Virus record (IMG/VR): IMGVR_UViG_3300033146_005170
Span: 10,015 to 74,014 of that record
Length of the DNA: 64,000 nt
DNA from: a virus
Reading direction: 5' to 3' (one strand)
This document shows, in pieces, positions 1-9,674 of this stretch (position 1 is its first letter; each line of letters opens with the position of its first letter). Below the pieces are notes generated by a model. That model ran no database searches and was not told where the DNA came from. It saw nothing but the letters and a program-made list of their open reading frames with translations. The position numbers were made by a program, and so were the translations under genes.

Positions 1-2
1 GA

Positions 3-239
3 TATAGGTCAGTAACTATAGCTCCAGAAGAATGCCCTACAGATAAAGACTTAAATGAATTAAAAATAAATATAGTCACCACTGCTCTACCTTATATCTT
101 TTACCCTATTCAATTAGGTAATTTAACTATAGATGTAGGTTTTCAAAGCTATGTTAAAAGAGTTAAATACCTTACCTCTAATGACAGTGTTCGTTATGGT
201 ACTTTTATTTATGAGCTTCCAAATGGAGGCCTAATTTAG
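3..239 (+). CDS. 3' end of a plus-strand hypothetical protein (partial, runs in from before the window)
   Basis: Frame 3 is open from base 3 (YRSVTIAPEECP...YELPNGGLI*) to TAG at 237-239 and converges on the SbcC stop with a 9-bp overlap. Confidence 0.6.
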   Translation, partial: YRSVTIAPEECPTDKDLNELKINIVTTALPYIFYPIQLGNLTIDVGFQSYVKRVKYLTSNDSVRYGTFIYELPNGGLI

Positions 240-2102
240 GTCTCCATGGGTAATGTATATGAGTTGATTTTCTTGAGCTTTTAAAATTTCCAAGAGTAAT
301 TTTTCTCTTGTACTATCAAAACTAGCAGCCACTTCATCTAAGATTAAAGTTCTAAAACTGCCAAGTCTAGATATTTGAGCTAAACTTAGTCTAAGAGCTA
401 GACTAATAGAGTCTTGTTCTGAACCACTAAAGTATTCAAAATCTTCAATACCATAGTCACTGTTTATTTTTACCTTTTCATATTTACCTTCTGAAAGGTA
501 ATTAACTATATTAGAAACATTTTTCTCTAATAGAGGTATAACATTTTGTCCAAAAGCTTTTCTATAATTATCTATAAACTTAAGAAAATTTTTAAGGCTA
601 TTATACTTAGTCTCTTGAAGCTTAAGTTTAAGTTCTAATCTTTCTGACTCTTTTTTTAGTCTTTTATAGGACTCGTGTGCTTCTTGAATTGCAGTTAGAT
701 GATTAGCCTCTCTCTTATAAGGCTCTATATCTATTTCTTCTGGAGCTTCTAAATTTTGAATTTTTTGCTTGATGTTTACTTGTTTTCTAATTTCTATAAT
801 ATTTTTTAAAGGCTTAGCTTCTAATAGAGCATTTGGAACTTTATTATTTAATTCTAAATATCTATTATAAGTATCTTTATATCTTAATGATATTAAGGCC
901 TCCTCTATTTCAAGTAAACTTAGAGAAGGCTTTGTTATGCTATTTAGCTCTTGAACCAATTCATAAGCTTTATTTCTAGCTAAAGCTGCTTGATATTTTT
1001 CTTGAGATATTTCCATACTCTTTTTAAATTGATCTATGCTTTTTGGAGGTTTCTTAGGCCAAGGCTGTTCACAAGTTGGACAAGTAGCTGGTACACTCTT
1101 CCAAGTATTATAGAGTCTTTTTGCAGTGACTGTATCTTCATAAAGAAGTTTTAAGTTATCTTCTTTTTTTGGCTCAACATTTAGTTTTTCTAACTCTTTT
1201 TTAATATTTTGTATATTTTTATGAGTTATCTTGAGATTCATTAAGTCTTCTATTTGCATTGTGAAATACTCTGGCAATACTTTTATATCTTTTAATTTTT
1301 TCCTTAAAGTTAATTTTTCATTGATTAGATCATTTGTAGCTTTGATTTGGCTATTGTAAGCTATCTTTTCTTCATGTTCTTTTTCCTCTTGCTCAAGATC
1401 ATAGTCAATGCCATGCCATTGTCTAATCAAAAGTCTATCTTTTTGATAAGCTTCTAGTTTAGTTTTATAAGCTCCATATTCTATTAGCTTATTTTCTAAT
1501 TTTGCTTTGGCTAATTTTAATTGCTCAGATACATCTTCTATAGGCTTACCTAGATTAATAGAGCTTAAAGAATTCTTAGTATCTTCTAATAAACCTATTT
1601 CAAGTCTTAGAGCTATTTTAACTTCATCTTTAATAGCATCTAACTTATCTATTCTAAGAATTTTCTCTACTCTTTTTGTTCGCTCTAAAGGAGACAAGGC
1701 AGCGAAACTTCCTATTTCTTTTTGACCTATAAAAAAAGAAGTTTTAAATAACTCAGGAGTTAAACCATAGTGTTCAGTAACCCATTCAGATATACCTGTT
1801 TTATTTCTAGCAAGGATATTTCCAGTACTAAGATCTGTAACTAAAGCTAATTTATTGGTTCTTTCTATAACAAAATTATCAAGGTATAGCTTTACTCCAC
1901 CATCAGTTTGACCTTTTCTAATCCAATCTCTAGCTTTACCTCTAGTCATGGCTGTACCAAATAGTGCAAAGCCTATAGCCTCTACAATAGTTGTTTTTCC
2001 TGTACCATTTCTGGCTTGGATTAAATTAAATCCAGGATCAAATTCAATTAACTTATAGTTAAAAAGTCTATAGTTAACAAGTTCAAGCTTTAATAAATTC
2101 AT
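231..2102 (-). CDS. sbcC: SbcC/Rad50-like SMC ATPase (recombination nuclease subunit)
   Basis: Walker A ARNGTGKTT, central coiled coil with zinc-hook CPTC, signature FSGSEQ, Walker B LILDE, H-loop ITH. Confidence 0.92.
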   Translation of the reverse strand: MNLLKLELVNYRLFNYKLIEFDPGFNLIQARNGTGKTTIVEAIGFALFGTAMTRGKARDWIRKGQTDGGVKLYLDNFVIERTNKLALVTDLSTGNILARNKTGISEWVTEHYGLTPELFKTSFFIGQKEIGSFAALSPLERTKRVEKILRIDKLDAIKDEVKIALRLEIGLLEDTKNSLSSINLGKPIEDVSEQLKLAKAKLENKLIEYGAYKTKLEAYQKDRLLIRQWHGIDYDLEQEEKEHEEKIAYNSQIKATNDLINEKLTLRKKLKDIKVLPEYFTMQIEDLMNLKITHKNIQNIKKELEKLNVEPKKEDNLKLLYEDTVTAKRLYNTWKSVPATCPTCEQPWPKKPPKSIDQFKKSMEISQEKYQAALARNKAYELVQELNSITKPSLSLLEIEEALISLRYKDTYNRYLELNNKVPNALLEAKPLKNIIEIRKQVNIKQKIQNLEAPEEIDIEPYKREANHLTAIQEAHESYKRLKKESERLELKLKLQETKYNSLKNFLKFIDNYRKAFGQNVIPLLEKNVSNIVNYLSEGKYEKVKINSDYGIEDFEYFSGSEQDSISLALRLSLAQISRLGSFRTLILDEVAASFDSTREKLLLEILKAQENQLIYITHGDLN

Positions 2103-2952
2103 CTATTAACTCCTCTGTAAAGCCCTCTTTTAGAGCTGCTTGTTTAAATGAAGCAATTATATCAATATTGATATCTTTTTCTTCAAGTTTTAAATCTTTA
2201 ATAGTAACATCTTTAGAAGTCTTTACATAATAGCAATGGCCTTCTAAAAGATTAATAGGCTCTTCATAAAGTAAATGAACTTTATCAGCTTGAGGTACCT
2301 CTTTTAGGGTATTATTAATAACATAATAACGTTTGCCTATTTGATTTATAGCTTGAGGTACAACACTGCCTAGATGAACAAAATTTTTAGATATTGAGGC
2401 AGAGTGTTCGTGGCCAGAATAGATTATAATATCTTTTGCAGCTGCTAAGTTATAAAGTTCATCTGTAAAGCTATTGTCATTGTCATTATCCCAGTATTTT
2501 CTATTGCAGTGGGCTATAATAGTTCCCTTCTCTGGAGTTTTATGAATACATTCTTTCATAGCCTCTAAAAAGAGCTGTTGTGTATCTTGCCAAGCTACTA
2601 TAGAAAAATTTTCTCCTATATAGCTTTGATTTGCTTTAATTAGAAATATGTACTCTAAAATTTCAAGTCTAGAAAAGGCAGTGTCTTTTTTTAACATTGG
2701 AATATCATGATTTCCTGCAACTATATAAACTAAAGGCACACGAGTTGTAACTGAAATTAACTTCATTAAATCTAAAGCCGTCGGTTCTGAACTATCAAAA
2801 ACGTCACCGGCGAGTATTAGTTCTGTAGGATCTTCTTTTTGAAGTAATTCTTCCAGTATTTTTAGAGCTGCGTTATCCCAGATAGTAGGATCTCCATAAG
2901 TAGTTCTATGTTTTTTTCCTATATGAAGATCCCCAATTATCATTGTTTTCAT
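2083..2952 (-). CDS. sbcD: SbcD/Mre11-like metallophosphoesterase nuclease
   Basis: GDLH, GDVFD, GNHD, GHEH motifs; adjacent to sbcC; start moved to ATG at 2952 (ATGA overlap with upstream small ORF). Confidence 0.9.
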   Translation of the reverse strand: MKTMIIGDLHIGKKHRTTYGDPTIWDNAALKILEELLQKEDPTELILAGDVFDSSEPTALDLMKLISVTTRVPLVYIVAGNHDIPMLKKDTAFSRLEILEYIFLIKANQSYIGENFSIVAWQDTQQLFLEAMKECIHKTPEKGTIIAHCNRKYWDNDNDNSFTDELYNLAAAKDIIIYSGHEHSASISKNFVHLGSVVPQAINQIGKRYYVINNTLKEVPQADKVHLLYEEPINLLEGHCYYVKTSKDVTIKDLKLEEKDINIDIIASFKQAALKEGFTEELIDEFIKA

Positions 2953-3044
2953 TTTATGTCCCTTCTGAACCAAATAAATTGTAAAATGGCATTAAAGATA
3001 CTTGCTAGAGCGCCTAGTACTAAAAATGAGTAGACTACTGTCAT
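2949..3044 (-). CDS. 31-aa single-TM peptide (MTVVYSFLVLGALASIFNAILQFIWFRRDIK), not in ORF track
   Basis: Read manually; ATGA overlaps at both ends couple it to both neighbours. Confidence 0.65.
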   Translation of the reverse strand: MTVVYSFLVLGALASIFNAILQFIWFRRDIK

Positions 3045-3496
3045 ACTTGCCACCATTTATATTCTTTACATTGTTTATAAAACTGAAGTTCTTCCCAACG
3101 CCAGCTAGCTTTTTTACTTTTTGCTTTAGCTAAAACTTCACTAAAAGGTACAAAATAAAATTCATTAGTAGGAATTCTATGAATAATAAATATAGATTTT
3201 GCACCTGCAAAAGACCATCTTTGAGCATGTCCAATTTGTTTACTAGAAATATTTTTTAATGGAAATCTAGCTACATCATTTGAAGATTTAATTTCTACAA
3301 GATAAGTTTGTCCATTATAGATCGCTAAGCGATCTGAAGGCTGATTAGTAACCAAATTTCTAGCTGCATGGGTATCTATAAATTTATAAAAGACAAATGA
3401 CTTTGTCAATGCCATTTCTTCTTTGTATAAGTTATCAAAGATTTTCTCAGTGTCTTTACCATCGTTTCTCATAGATTTCCTCCTGATAGATCCCAT
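3041..3496 (-). CDS. RecU-like Holliday junction resolvase (PD-(D/E)XK)
   Basis: PSD...LVEIKSS nuclease core, FPLKNISSKQI motif typical of RecU; real start may be the MRND Met. Confidence 0.8.
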   Translation of the reverse strand: MGSIRRKSMRNDGKDTEKIFDNLYKEEMALTKSFVFYKFIDTHAARNLVTNQPSDRLAIYNGQTYLVEIKSSNDVARFPLKNISSKQIGHAQRWSFAGAKSIFIIHRIPTNEFYFVPFSEVLAKAKSKKASWRWEELQFYKQCKEYKWWQV

Positions 3497-3857
3497 TAAA
3501 ATGAATTACAGTGATAAGAGCATAGCCCCTAAAGAACTTTTCTGGTAACTTTACACCCTCAATGTCAAAATAAGTTCTATGAATTATTAAAATTTCAGGT
3601 CTAAATTGCATCAAAGATTTAACCCCTCCAAAATGAATATCTGTAGTTCTTTTTGGATAGATAAAATGCCAAGCTTTTGGAAGAGCTATAAGCTGTTTAT
3701 AGTTCTTAATAGTCTCCCAAGTACGCTTACCTACAAATACATTTTGATCTTTAATAAGATTTCTTAGCCATTTTTTATCTTCAGGAGGTCCCCAAGCAAC
3801 GCTACCATCATAACTAGCATAGCAGTTATTTTTTGATAAAAGTAATACTCCAAGCAT
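3456..3857 (-). CDS. Divergent dihydrofolate reductase
   Basis: W-GPPEDKKWL and VFVGKRTWETI (cf. MGRKTWESI), GG motif; nucleotide-metabolism cluster. Confidence 0.78.
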   Translation of the reverse strand: MLGVLLLSKNNCYASYDGSVAWGPPEDKKWLRNLIKDQNVFVGKRTWETIKNYKQLIALPKAWHFIYPKRTTDIHFGGVKSLMQFRPEILIIHRTYFDIEGVKLPEKFFRGYALITVIHFNGIYQEEIYEKRW

Positions 3858-3860
3858 CTG

Positions 3861-4028
3861 TTAATCCTCAAAGATAAATACTACTGGTATAATTAAGGTT
3901 ACAGTCAAAATAGCAAAGAAAAATCTTATAAAGCCTACACCTTCTAAATCCATTTTATCATAGTGAGCAGTTAGAAAAGCACCAGTAAGTAATAGTCCTA
4001 CCGCTAAATAGCCAATAACAAATATCAT
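3861..4028 (-). CDS. 55-aa two-TM membrane protein, not in ORF track
   Basis: MIFVIGYLAVGLLLTGAFLTAHYDKMDLEGVGFIRFFFAILTVTLIIPVVFIFED; ATGA overlap with upstream gene. Confidence 0.65.
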   Translation of the reverse strand: MIFVIGYLAVGLLLTGAFLTAHYDKMDLEGVGFIRFFFAILTVTLIIPVVFIFED

Positions 4029-4333
4029 TTTTTATTCCTTTTAGGTAAATTTATGTGATATTTCACAGTTAAGTAGTAACAAATATCATCATATTGTTGC
4101 TGCTGCTCTGTAGTTAATTTTTTTCTTATATAATAAACTTTCCAGAGCTCTACTACTTGATCTTTAGTCTTAGTTTCCAAGAGATCTATAGTTTTAGATT
4201 TTCTAGTGACAGTTCCTAATTTTCTTCTTGTAGTTTTAAAATTGAAAGAAATAGGTTTTGTCTTCTTTTCTTTTTCTTTTCTCTCTTTTCTTATGGCTTT
4301 CATAGTAAAGCCTACTTTGAGTCCTTCTAGCAT
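4025..4333 (-). CDS. Basic hypothetical protein
   Basis: ORF track; abuts neighbours in the operon. Confidence 0.6.
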   Translation of the reverse strand: MLEGLKVGFTMKAIRKERKEKEKKTKPISFNFKTTRRKLGTVTRKSKTIDLLETKTKDQVVELWKVYYIRKKLTTEQQQQYDDICYYLTVKYHINLPKRNKK

Positions 4334-4726
4334 CTAAAATTCCTTTACTTCTACGAGATCTCCTAAAGAAATTAGACTAGACCAATTTTCTTCAAGATCT
4401 ATTTCCTGACGAAAAGCTTTAAATAGAGTAACTCGATCTATCTTTTCTGTGATATTATATTTTTTAGTAAGATAGCTAGCTATCAAGGCTCCATTAAAAA
4501 TTTTTAAATTACTAGTTATGAGTAAATTAAGCTCTCCTTTCCTATAAGATTCAAAAGCATACTTACCGTAATGATCATAGCCTTCGCTCTTTTCATAGCC
4601 ATCACTTAGCAATTTATCATTAGTTTCTTGTAAATCACTAACTAAAGCTATTATATCATCATCCGTATTTAAAATAGGTGGATTAAGTAAATTTCGACTA
4701 CCAGATTTAAAAGCTTTTATAAACAT
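4334..4726 (-). CDS. Putative small nucleotidyltransferase-fold phage protein
   Basis: GSR...PP..NTDDD (GS...DxD) signature near the N-terminus. Confidence 0.5.
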   Translation of the reverse strand: MFIKAFKSGSRNLLNPPILNTDDDIIALVSDLQETNDKLLSDGYEKSEGYDHYGKYAFESYRKGELNLLITSNLKIFNGALIASYLTKKYNITEKIDRVTLFKAFRQEIDLEENWSSLISLGDLVEVKEF

Positions 4727-5121
4727 TGCTCTACCTCCATATATTGTGAGAGGTATTCTAGTACCTCTTCATATTCTTCTTTCACTGCTCCATATACCAA
4801 TTTTGCTGGCTTATGGCCAATAATATTCTTTGCACATTCCCAGCAAGGAGCTAAAGTAACATAAAAAGTTGAACCTTTTGTTTGTCTAACTGATACTTGG
4901 CGAATAGCATTCATTTCAGCATGATGAACTCGCCAGTGCTCAGTATTTCCATCCTCATCCTCACATCTATTGCTATCGCCTTCGATAGTGCCATTTACGC
5001 CCATAGAAATAAGTCTTTTATCTTTAACTATTAGACAAGCTACTTGAGCTTTTTTACAAGAAGATTGTGTAGCAGCGAGTTCTGCAAAAGTTATCCAAAA
5101 ATCATCTCCCCATCTACTCAT
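4717..5121 (-). CDS. dCMP deaminase
   Basis: HAEMNA and PCWEC zinc motifs, MGVNG. Confidence 0.92.
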   Translation of the reverse strand: MSRWGDDFWITFAELAATQSSCKKAQVACLIVKDKRLISMGVNGTIEGDSNRCEDEDGNTEHWRVHHAEMNAIRQVSVRQTKGSTFYVTLAPCWECAKNIIGHKPAKLVYGAVKEEYEEVLEYLSQYMEVEQCL

Positions 5122-5945
5122 GTTACAACCTTCACTCTAAAAATAGCCTCTGGTTTAACTTTGTATTCAGGAACTTTTATACTATCAATAAAATCATCCT
5201 TGTCTTTTCTAACTTTTTTAATAGTCCATTCAGGGTCTATTTCTACTCTATAAGTACTAGGCTTAGCAGACCTTTTCATATACTCAACAACTGCATCATA
5301 TTGGTTTTCATAAACATGAAGATGGGCTATAGAATAAAAAAGTTCTCCTACACCTACTTTTAAAGTATTAGCTAAAAGGTTACTTAAAATAGTGTACATC
5401 ATAATATCATAAGGTAAGCCTAAATAGGCATCATTACTTCGCAAAGTTAAATGGCAATTAAGCTGGCCTTCTATGATATTAAATACAGCTGTATAAGGAC
5501 AAGGTACATTTTTATGTTGAAATACTAAGTCTGATGGATGCCAAGACATTAAAACTTGTTGTCTTGATGAAGGATCTCTACTTAGATTTAGTAAAATCTG
5601 ATTAATCTGATTAAAACCATAAGCTGTAGCCCATCTATAACCATAAGCTCCTTTAACTATACCTGGAGAGTCTTCAAAAGCTTTCCAAATACTAGTGTAT
5701 CTATTAATCCATTCAGTTTCTTGAGTTCCAGATAAAAACCAAGTAACCTCAGCAGCTCCAGTTCTAGGATACATTTTTCTAATGTTTGACAATGGCCAAT
5801 AGTTCATATTCCATCTAAAAGCATAACCATGTGCAGCTGTTATGCTTGAATTAGTTCTTTGGTTTTTTTGAACCTTTCCATGTTTGCTAAGATACCTAAA
5901 TACCTTTCTATGAAGATAGTCAAAATTATTTTCCAGCTGAAACAT
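5118..5945 (-). CDS. Thymidylate synthase-superfamily enzyme with dCMP-type active site (putative dCMP methylase/hydroxymethylase)
   Basis: Catalytic PC, RSND, LHVY; LGLPYD instead of canonical LGLPFN. Confidence 0.85.
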   Translation of the reverse strand: MFQLENNFDYLHRKVFRYLSKHGKVQKNQRTNSSITAAHGYAFRWNMNYWPLSNIRKMYPRTGAAEVTWFLSGTQETEWINRYTSIWKAFEDSPGIVKGAYGYRWATAYGFNQINQILLNLSRDPSSRQQVLMSWHPSDLVFQHKNVPCPYTAVFNIIEGQLNCHLTLRSNDAYLGLPYDIMMYTILSNLLANTLKVGVGELFYSIAHLHVYENQYDAVVEYMKRSAKPSTYRVEIDPEWTIKKVRKDKDDFIDSIKVPEYKVKPEAIFRVKVVT

Positions 5946-7845
5946 CTAAAGCCCTTTCTATATTTTTAGGAGAAAAATCTCCTTTAAGTTCAATTTGATC
6001 TGCAAAATTAATACCTATACTAGCTTCAGCTATTAGTGGTACTGAAAAGCCTCTAGGAGTTCTTTCCATTATTTCAACTGCTTGTTTTATAAGCTCTGAA
6101 GCTTTTTCTTTCTTACAAGACCATACAAATTCATCGTGTACAGGAGCAATAAATTTATAATCTTCGTGAAATAAAAGATTTGATTCATCTAGAGATAGCA
6201 TACTAAGTTTCATAAGCTCACCAGCTGAGCCTTGAATAGTAAAATTTAGACCTTGATTTTCTGCTGATTTTGCTAGAGCTTTTATAGGACTGGCTATATC
6301 TGGTAAACGTCTTCTTCTACCAAAGATAGTAAGAACATATTTATTAGTCTTTAAAAAAGCCATAATCTTATTTACATAGTCATAAAAATAGCCTTTATAA
6401 CCTAGTTTATGTGCAGCTAGAAAATTTTCAGCCTCAGCTTCACTACAGTTTAGTAAATCAAATTTACTTAATCTAGCAGCTCCAGCTAAATAAAGAGCAG
6501 CGAAGTTTAGAGTTTTACCCTTTTGACGATTAGCTTTCTGCTCTTTATCACCTTTGTTTATTAGCTCTTTCATTTTATCATAGTCTAAACCACTAATATT
6601 GGTTCCAGATAAAGTGTGCATATCTTTTTTGGTACGATAACCATCTATTAACTTAGGATCTTGAGAAACATGAGCAGCTATACGCATTTCTATCTGTGAC
6701 CAGTCAATAGAAACAATACAGTCGTGATTAAATTTTGAAAAAGGTACTATTACTTTTCTTACTTTAACACCCTCACCTCTTTTACTTAATTGTTGAAGAT
6801 TTGGTGCTTGCATAGAAAATCGACCTGTCACTGTACCTGTTTGTCTAATTTGTGAATGAATTTTACCATCAGGGTATATTAACTTTGGATAAGGCTTATA
6901 ATAAAGCTTAAGTCTAGTTTCAACTTTTCTAATTTCACTAAAAGCCTTAATGACCTTATGAGTTTCGCCATATTTAGCTTCAAGTTCAAATAGTGACTCT
7001 TTATCTGTACTAGGAACACCAGTCTTTTTAGACACTTTATGTGGCTGTAGACCTAAATCTTTAAATAAAAATTTAGAGACTTGAGCTGGACTATTAAGAT
7101 TAATATTAGCCAATTCAGGAAATTCATCCAATAACCTATTCTTAATCTCAATATCTTCAGCTTGAATTTTATCAAGCATGGCTAAATCAACTTGTTGGCC
7201 TTGGCGATAGTGCTTAGCAACAATTTTGATTAAATCCATTTCAAATAATCTATAATAATCCATATTAACATAGTCTAGATAAAATTTATAAAGCTTTAAA
7301 GTCCAAATAGTATCAGACATACCATAATCAAAACCTTCTTCTGCAGTTATGTCTTTCATAGTTCCATTGCCAACGGTTTCAGCATATGAAGGCATAACAT
7401 GACCAAAAAGCCTTTTTACACTAGGTTTTAAACCTTGGGCATTATTTTCATTTGCTAAGACTCCCATAATCATGGTATCAAGAAGTTCTCCTTTAAAGTC
7501 ATAGCCATGGTTTAAAAAAATGCCATATTCAAAAGCCAAGTTATGTCCTACCATTTGTTTACAATCTTTTAAGATCTTAGGTAAATAGTCATAACTTAAT
7601 CTTAAGTCTTCTCCCTCTTGTTTATGATTAAAATCAAAATAAAATTCTAAGCCATCTTCTAAGTACAGCTGTAGAGATACCATTTTAGACTCTAGTTGAT
7701 TAAGAGGTCTTTGTTTAGGCGAAAGATCCATAAACCAAGCATTTTCATAAGGATTATAGGTCTCTATATCAACAGAGTAAAGAGTCTCTTTAGAATTCTC
7801 CAAGGCTTTTAAAGCCTCATTAATATTTGTTTTATTTATAATCAT
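5926..7845 (-). CDS. polA: Family A DNA polymerase with 3'-5' exonuclease
   Basis: DIET exo I, GHN exo II, TGRFS..PNLQQ, motif A DWSQIEMR, motif B KTLNFAALY, motif C VHDE. Confidence 0.96.
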   Translation of the reverse strand: MIINKTNINEALKALENSKETLYSVDIETYNPYENAWFMDLSPKQRPLNQLESKMVSLQLYLEDGLEFYFDFNHKQEGEDLRLSYDYLPKILKDCKQMVGHNLAFEYGIFLNHGYDFKGELLDTMIMGVLANENNAQGLKPSVKRLFGHVMPSYAETVGNGTMKDITAEEGFDYGMSDTIWTLKLYKFYLDYVNMDYYRLFEMDLIKIVAKHYRQGQQVDLAMLDKIQAEDIEIKNRLLDEFPELANINLNSPAQVSKFLFKDLGLQPHKVSKKTGVPSTDKESLFELEAKYGETHKVIKAFSEIRKVETRLKLYYKPYPKLIYPDGKIHSQIRQTGTVTGRFSMQAPNLQQLSKRGEGVKVRKVIVPFSKFNHDCIVSIDWSQIEMRIAAHVSQDPKLIDGYRTKKDMHTLSGTNISGLDYDKMKELINKGDKEQKANRQKGKTLNFAALYLAGAARLSKFDLLNCSEAEAENFLAAHKLGYKGYFYDYVNKIMAFLKTNKYVLTIFGRRRRLPDIASPIKALAKSAENQGLNFTIQGSAGELMKLSMLSLDESNLLFHEDYKFIAPVHDEFVWSCKKEKASELIKQAVEIMERTPRGFSVPLIAEASIGINFADQIELKGDFSPKNIERALDVSAGK

Positions 7846-8576
7846 AGCATTATTCCTTTTCTACCGCAGTAAGCTATAATATCTTTTTTAGCTCCTATAC
7901 AGGTATCTATTTCTTTAGGCTCTATAGGCGTTGCTAGCTTCCAAGACATACAGGCTTGTTCAGTCATCATTTTAGGATCATAATCACAATTTCCAATTGA
8001 AAAATGGTGATTGTACAGCTCTCTATCACTAAAAGTTAGCTTATTCCAAGCTGCTTTTCCAAAGCCTTTTTTACCTGGAATTTTATCTGAAGGATCTCCA
8101 ACTAAAGTTTTATATAGATCAATATGTCCTGGTATGCAATTGAATTTAACTCCCACAAGTTCTCTAGTTACTTTAGTGGTGGCATTTAAAAGAATTTCTA
8201 CTTCTTTATTTATTAAAGGCCAAAGATCTTTGTCATTAGAGATAACTATATCTCCTTTTTTGGCATTTAGTCTTAGATAATCATCTGCTTCAGCATCATT
8301 TATATAAAGAACTTTATTTTTAGTGTAGCAAAGGGCCATACCAATACAGTTCTTTAAAACCTCAAAATAAACTGGATCTTCACCCATATTACGCCCTTTT
8401 TTATAGTCAGCAAAAATTTCTCTTCTAGCTTTTCTAGAAGTTGGGGTATCACTAACTAAAGTCATAGGCTCGTGTTTACGTTTTAAAAGAAGATCATACA
8501 TAAGTTGATAAGGATTACCTCCTCCATGATAGATTCTTTTAATGTAATTATTTAGATCAATATAAATCATCACCAT
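7842..8576 (-). CDS. 5'-3' exonuclease / flap endonuclease
   Basis: YKKGR, EADD, SNDKD, GDPSDKIPG..GFGK motifs. Confidence 0.9.
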   Translation of the reverse strand: MVMIYIDLNNYIKRIYHGGGNPYQLMYDLLLKRKHEPMTLVSDTPTSRKARREIFADYKKGRNMGEDPVYFEVLKNCIGMALCYTKNKVLYINDAEADDYLRLNAKKGDIVISNDKDLWPLINKEVEILLNATTKVTRELVGVKFNCIPGHIDLYKTLVGDPSDKIPGKKGFGKAAWNKLTFSDRELYNHHFSIGNCDYDPKMMTEQACMSWKLATPIEPKEIDTCIGAKKDIIAYCGRKGIML

Positions 8577-8847
8577 TCTCCGCTAAATAGGCTTCTATAT
8601 AATCGATATAGTCTTGCCATACTTCTAAATTATTTTTTGGCGTACGAGGATCTACAGTTTCTATCTTATGATAAAAATACTCTAGTAACGTTTCCAAATC
8701 ATAAAGATTAGCAAGACCACCTTTAGAAGTAACTACAGAGCCAACAACTGCATCTTGACACTTATGCAATTGTTGTCTAACGCTACTTCTACTTTTACCA
8801 TTTCGTAGTACTATAAAGTCTACTAATGAATTACTTAATGTTGCCAT
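8557..8847 (-). CDS. Hypothetical protein (possible DNA-binding)
   Basis: ORF track; overlaps neighbours. Confidence 0.55.
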   Translation of the reverse strand: MATLSNSLVDFIVLRNGKSRSSVRQQLHKCQDAVVGSVVTSKGGLANLYDLETLLEYFYHKIETVDPRTPKNNLEVWQDYIDYIEAYLAENGDDLY

Positions 8848-9326
8848 TTTAAATCCAACATAGTAATTTTAATCTCTGGCATATTTGCTTTTACAAAACC
8901 AAGAGCGTCATGATAGGCTTCTCTAATTTGATCATATCCATAAGCTTCAAAAGGATCATTTTTATCATACTCTTCAAAAGGAGTATTAGTAAGATAGATA
9001 ATTTCATCTATCTCTGGTTTAACAATACTTTTATAAAGATTAAGAATAATCAAAGGTGGCATATTACCTAGTAAATAGCCTTGATAAACGAGCATGCTAA
9101 GCATACCTCTATCAGCAATCAACTGTATAGGATTTTTTCTCCAGTCTTGCCAAAACTGCATTTCATTGGCAAAGAATAAAAAAGTAGCTGCTGTACCTTC
9201 TATATTAGACTTAAGTAATAAGTCTCTAAAAACCCCATTTGGTAAATGTAATTTTTCTAAATTAGAGTTATTAACAAGAGTGGTTTTGCCACATTTATCT
9301 GGGCCTTCTACTAAAATTATTCCCAC
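8835..9326 (-). CDS. Thymidylate/dNMP kinase
   Basis: P-loop EGPDKCGKTT and DR..LS..VYQ motif. Confidence 0.85.
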   Translation of the reverse strand: MGIILVEGPDKCGKTTLVNNSNLEKLHLPNGVFRDLLLKSNIEGTAATFLFFANEMQFWQDWRKNPIQLIADRGMLSMLVYQGYLLGNMPPLIILNLYKSIVKPEIDEIIYLTNTPFEEYDKNDPFEAYGYDQIREAYHDALGFVKANMPEIKITMLDLKWQH

Positions 9327-9513
9327 GAATTTCTCCTTGATAGGTTATACAGTCTAGTGCTAGCAATATGAAAGGATTTTTAGAGCACTTAGAACTAAGT
9401 GCTCCTTTTCTTATTTTTTCAAGCTTATTATAAGTTTGAGAAAAAAGACCTTGTCTATGTCTATAAACAGCAACGGCTGCTTCTACAGCTGAATATGCCA
9501 TTGCCATTACCAT
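9295..9513 (-). CDS. Hypothetical protein
   Basis: ORF track; fills operon gap. Confidence 0.5.
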   Translation of the reverse strand: MVMAMAYSAVEAAVAVYRHRQGLFSQTYNKLEKIRKGALSSKCSKNPFILLALDCITYQGEIRGNNFSRRPR

Positions 9514-9674
9514 TCTCTTAGAATTTCATCAACTTCATCAGCACTTGTAGCTACAGAGAGTAGATCATGAGCAGCTTCAAGGCCATTAATAAGACCAGGT
9601 CCCCAAGTTGGATTTTCTCTTTCAATATAATCAAATAGAGCTTCCAAAATTTCAATGCAAGTTATATTATCCAT
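9507..9674 (-). CDS. Hypothetical protein
   Basis: ORF track; start moved to MDNIT. Confidence 0.55.
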   Translation of the reverse strand: MDNITCIEILEALFDYIERENPTWGPGLINGLEAAHDLLSVATSADEVDEILREW

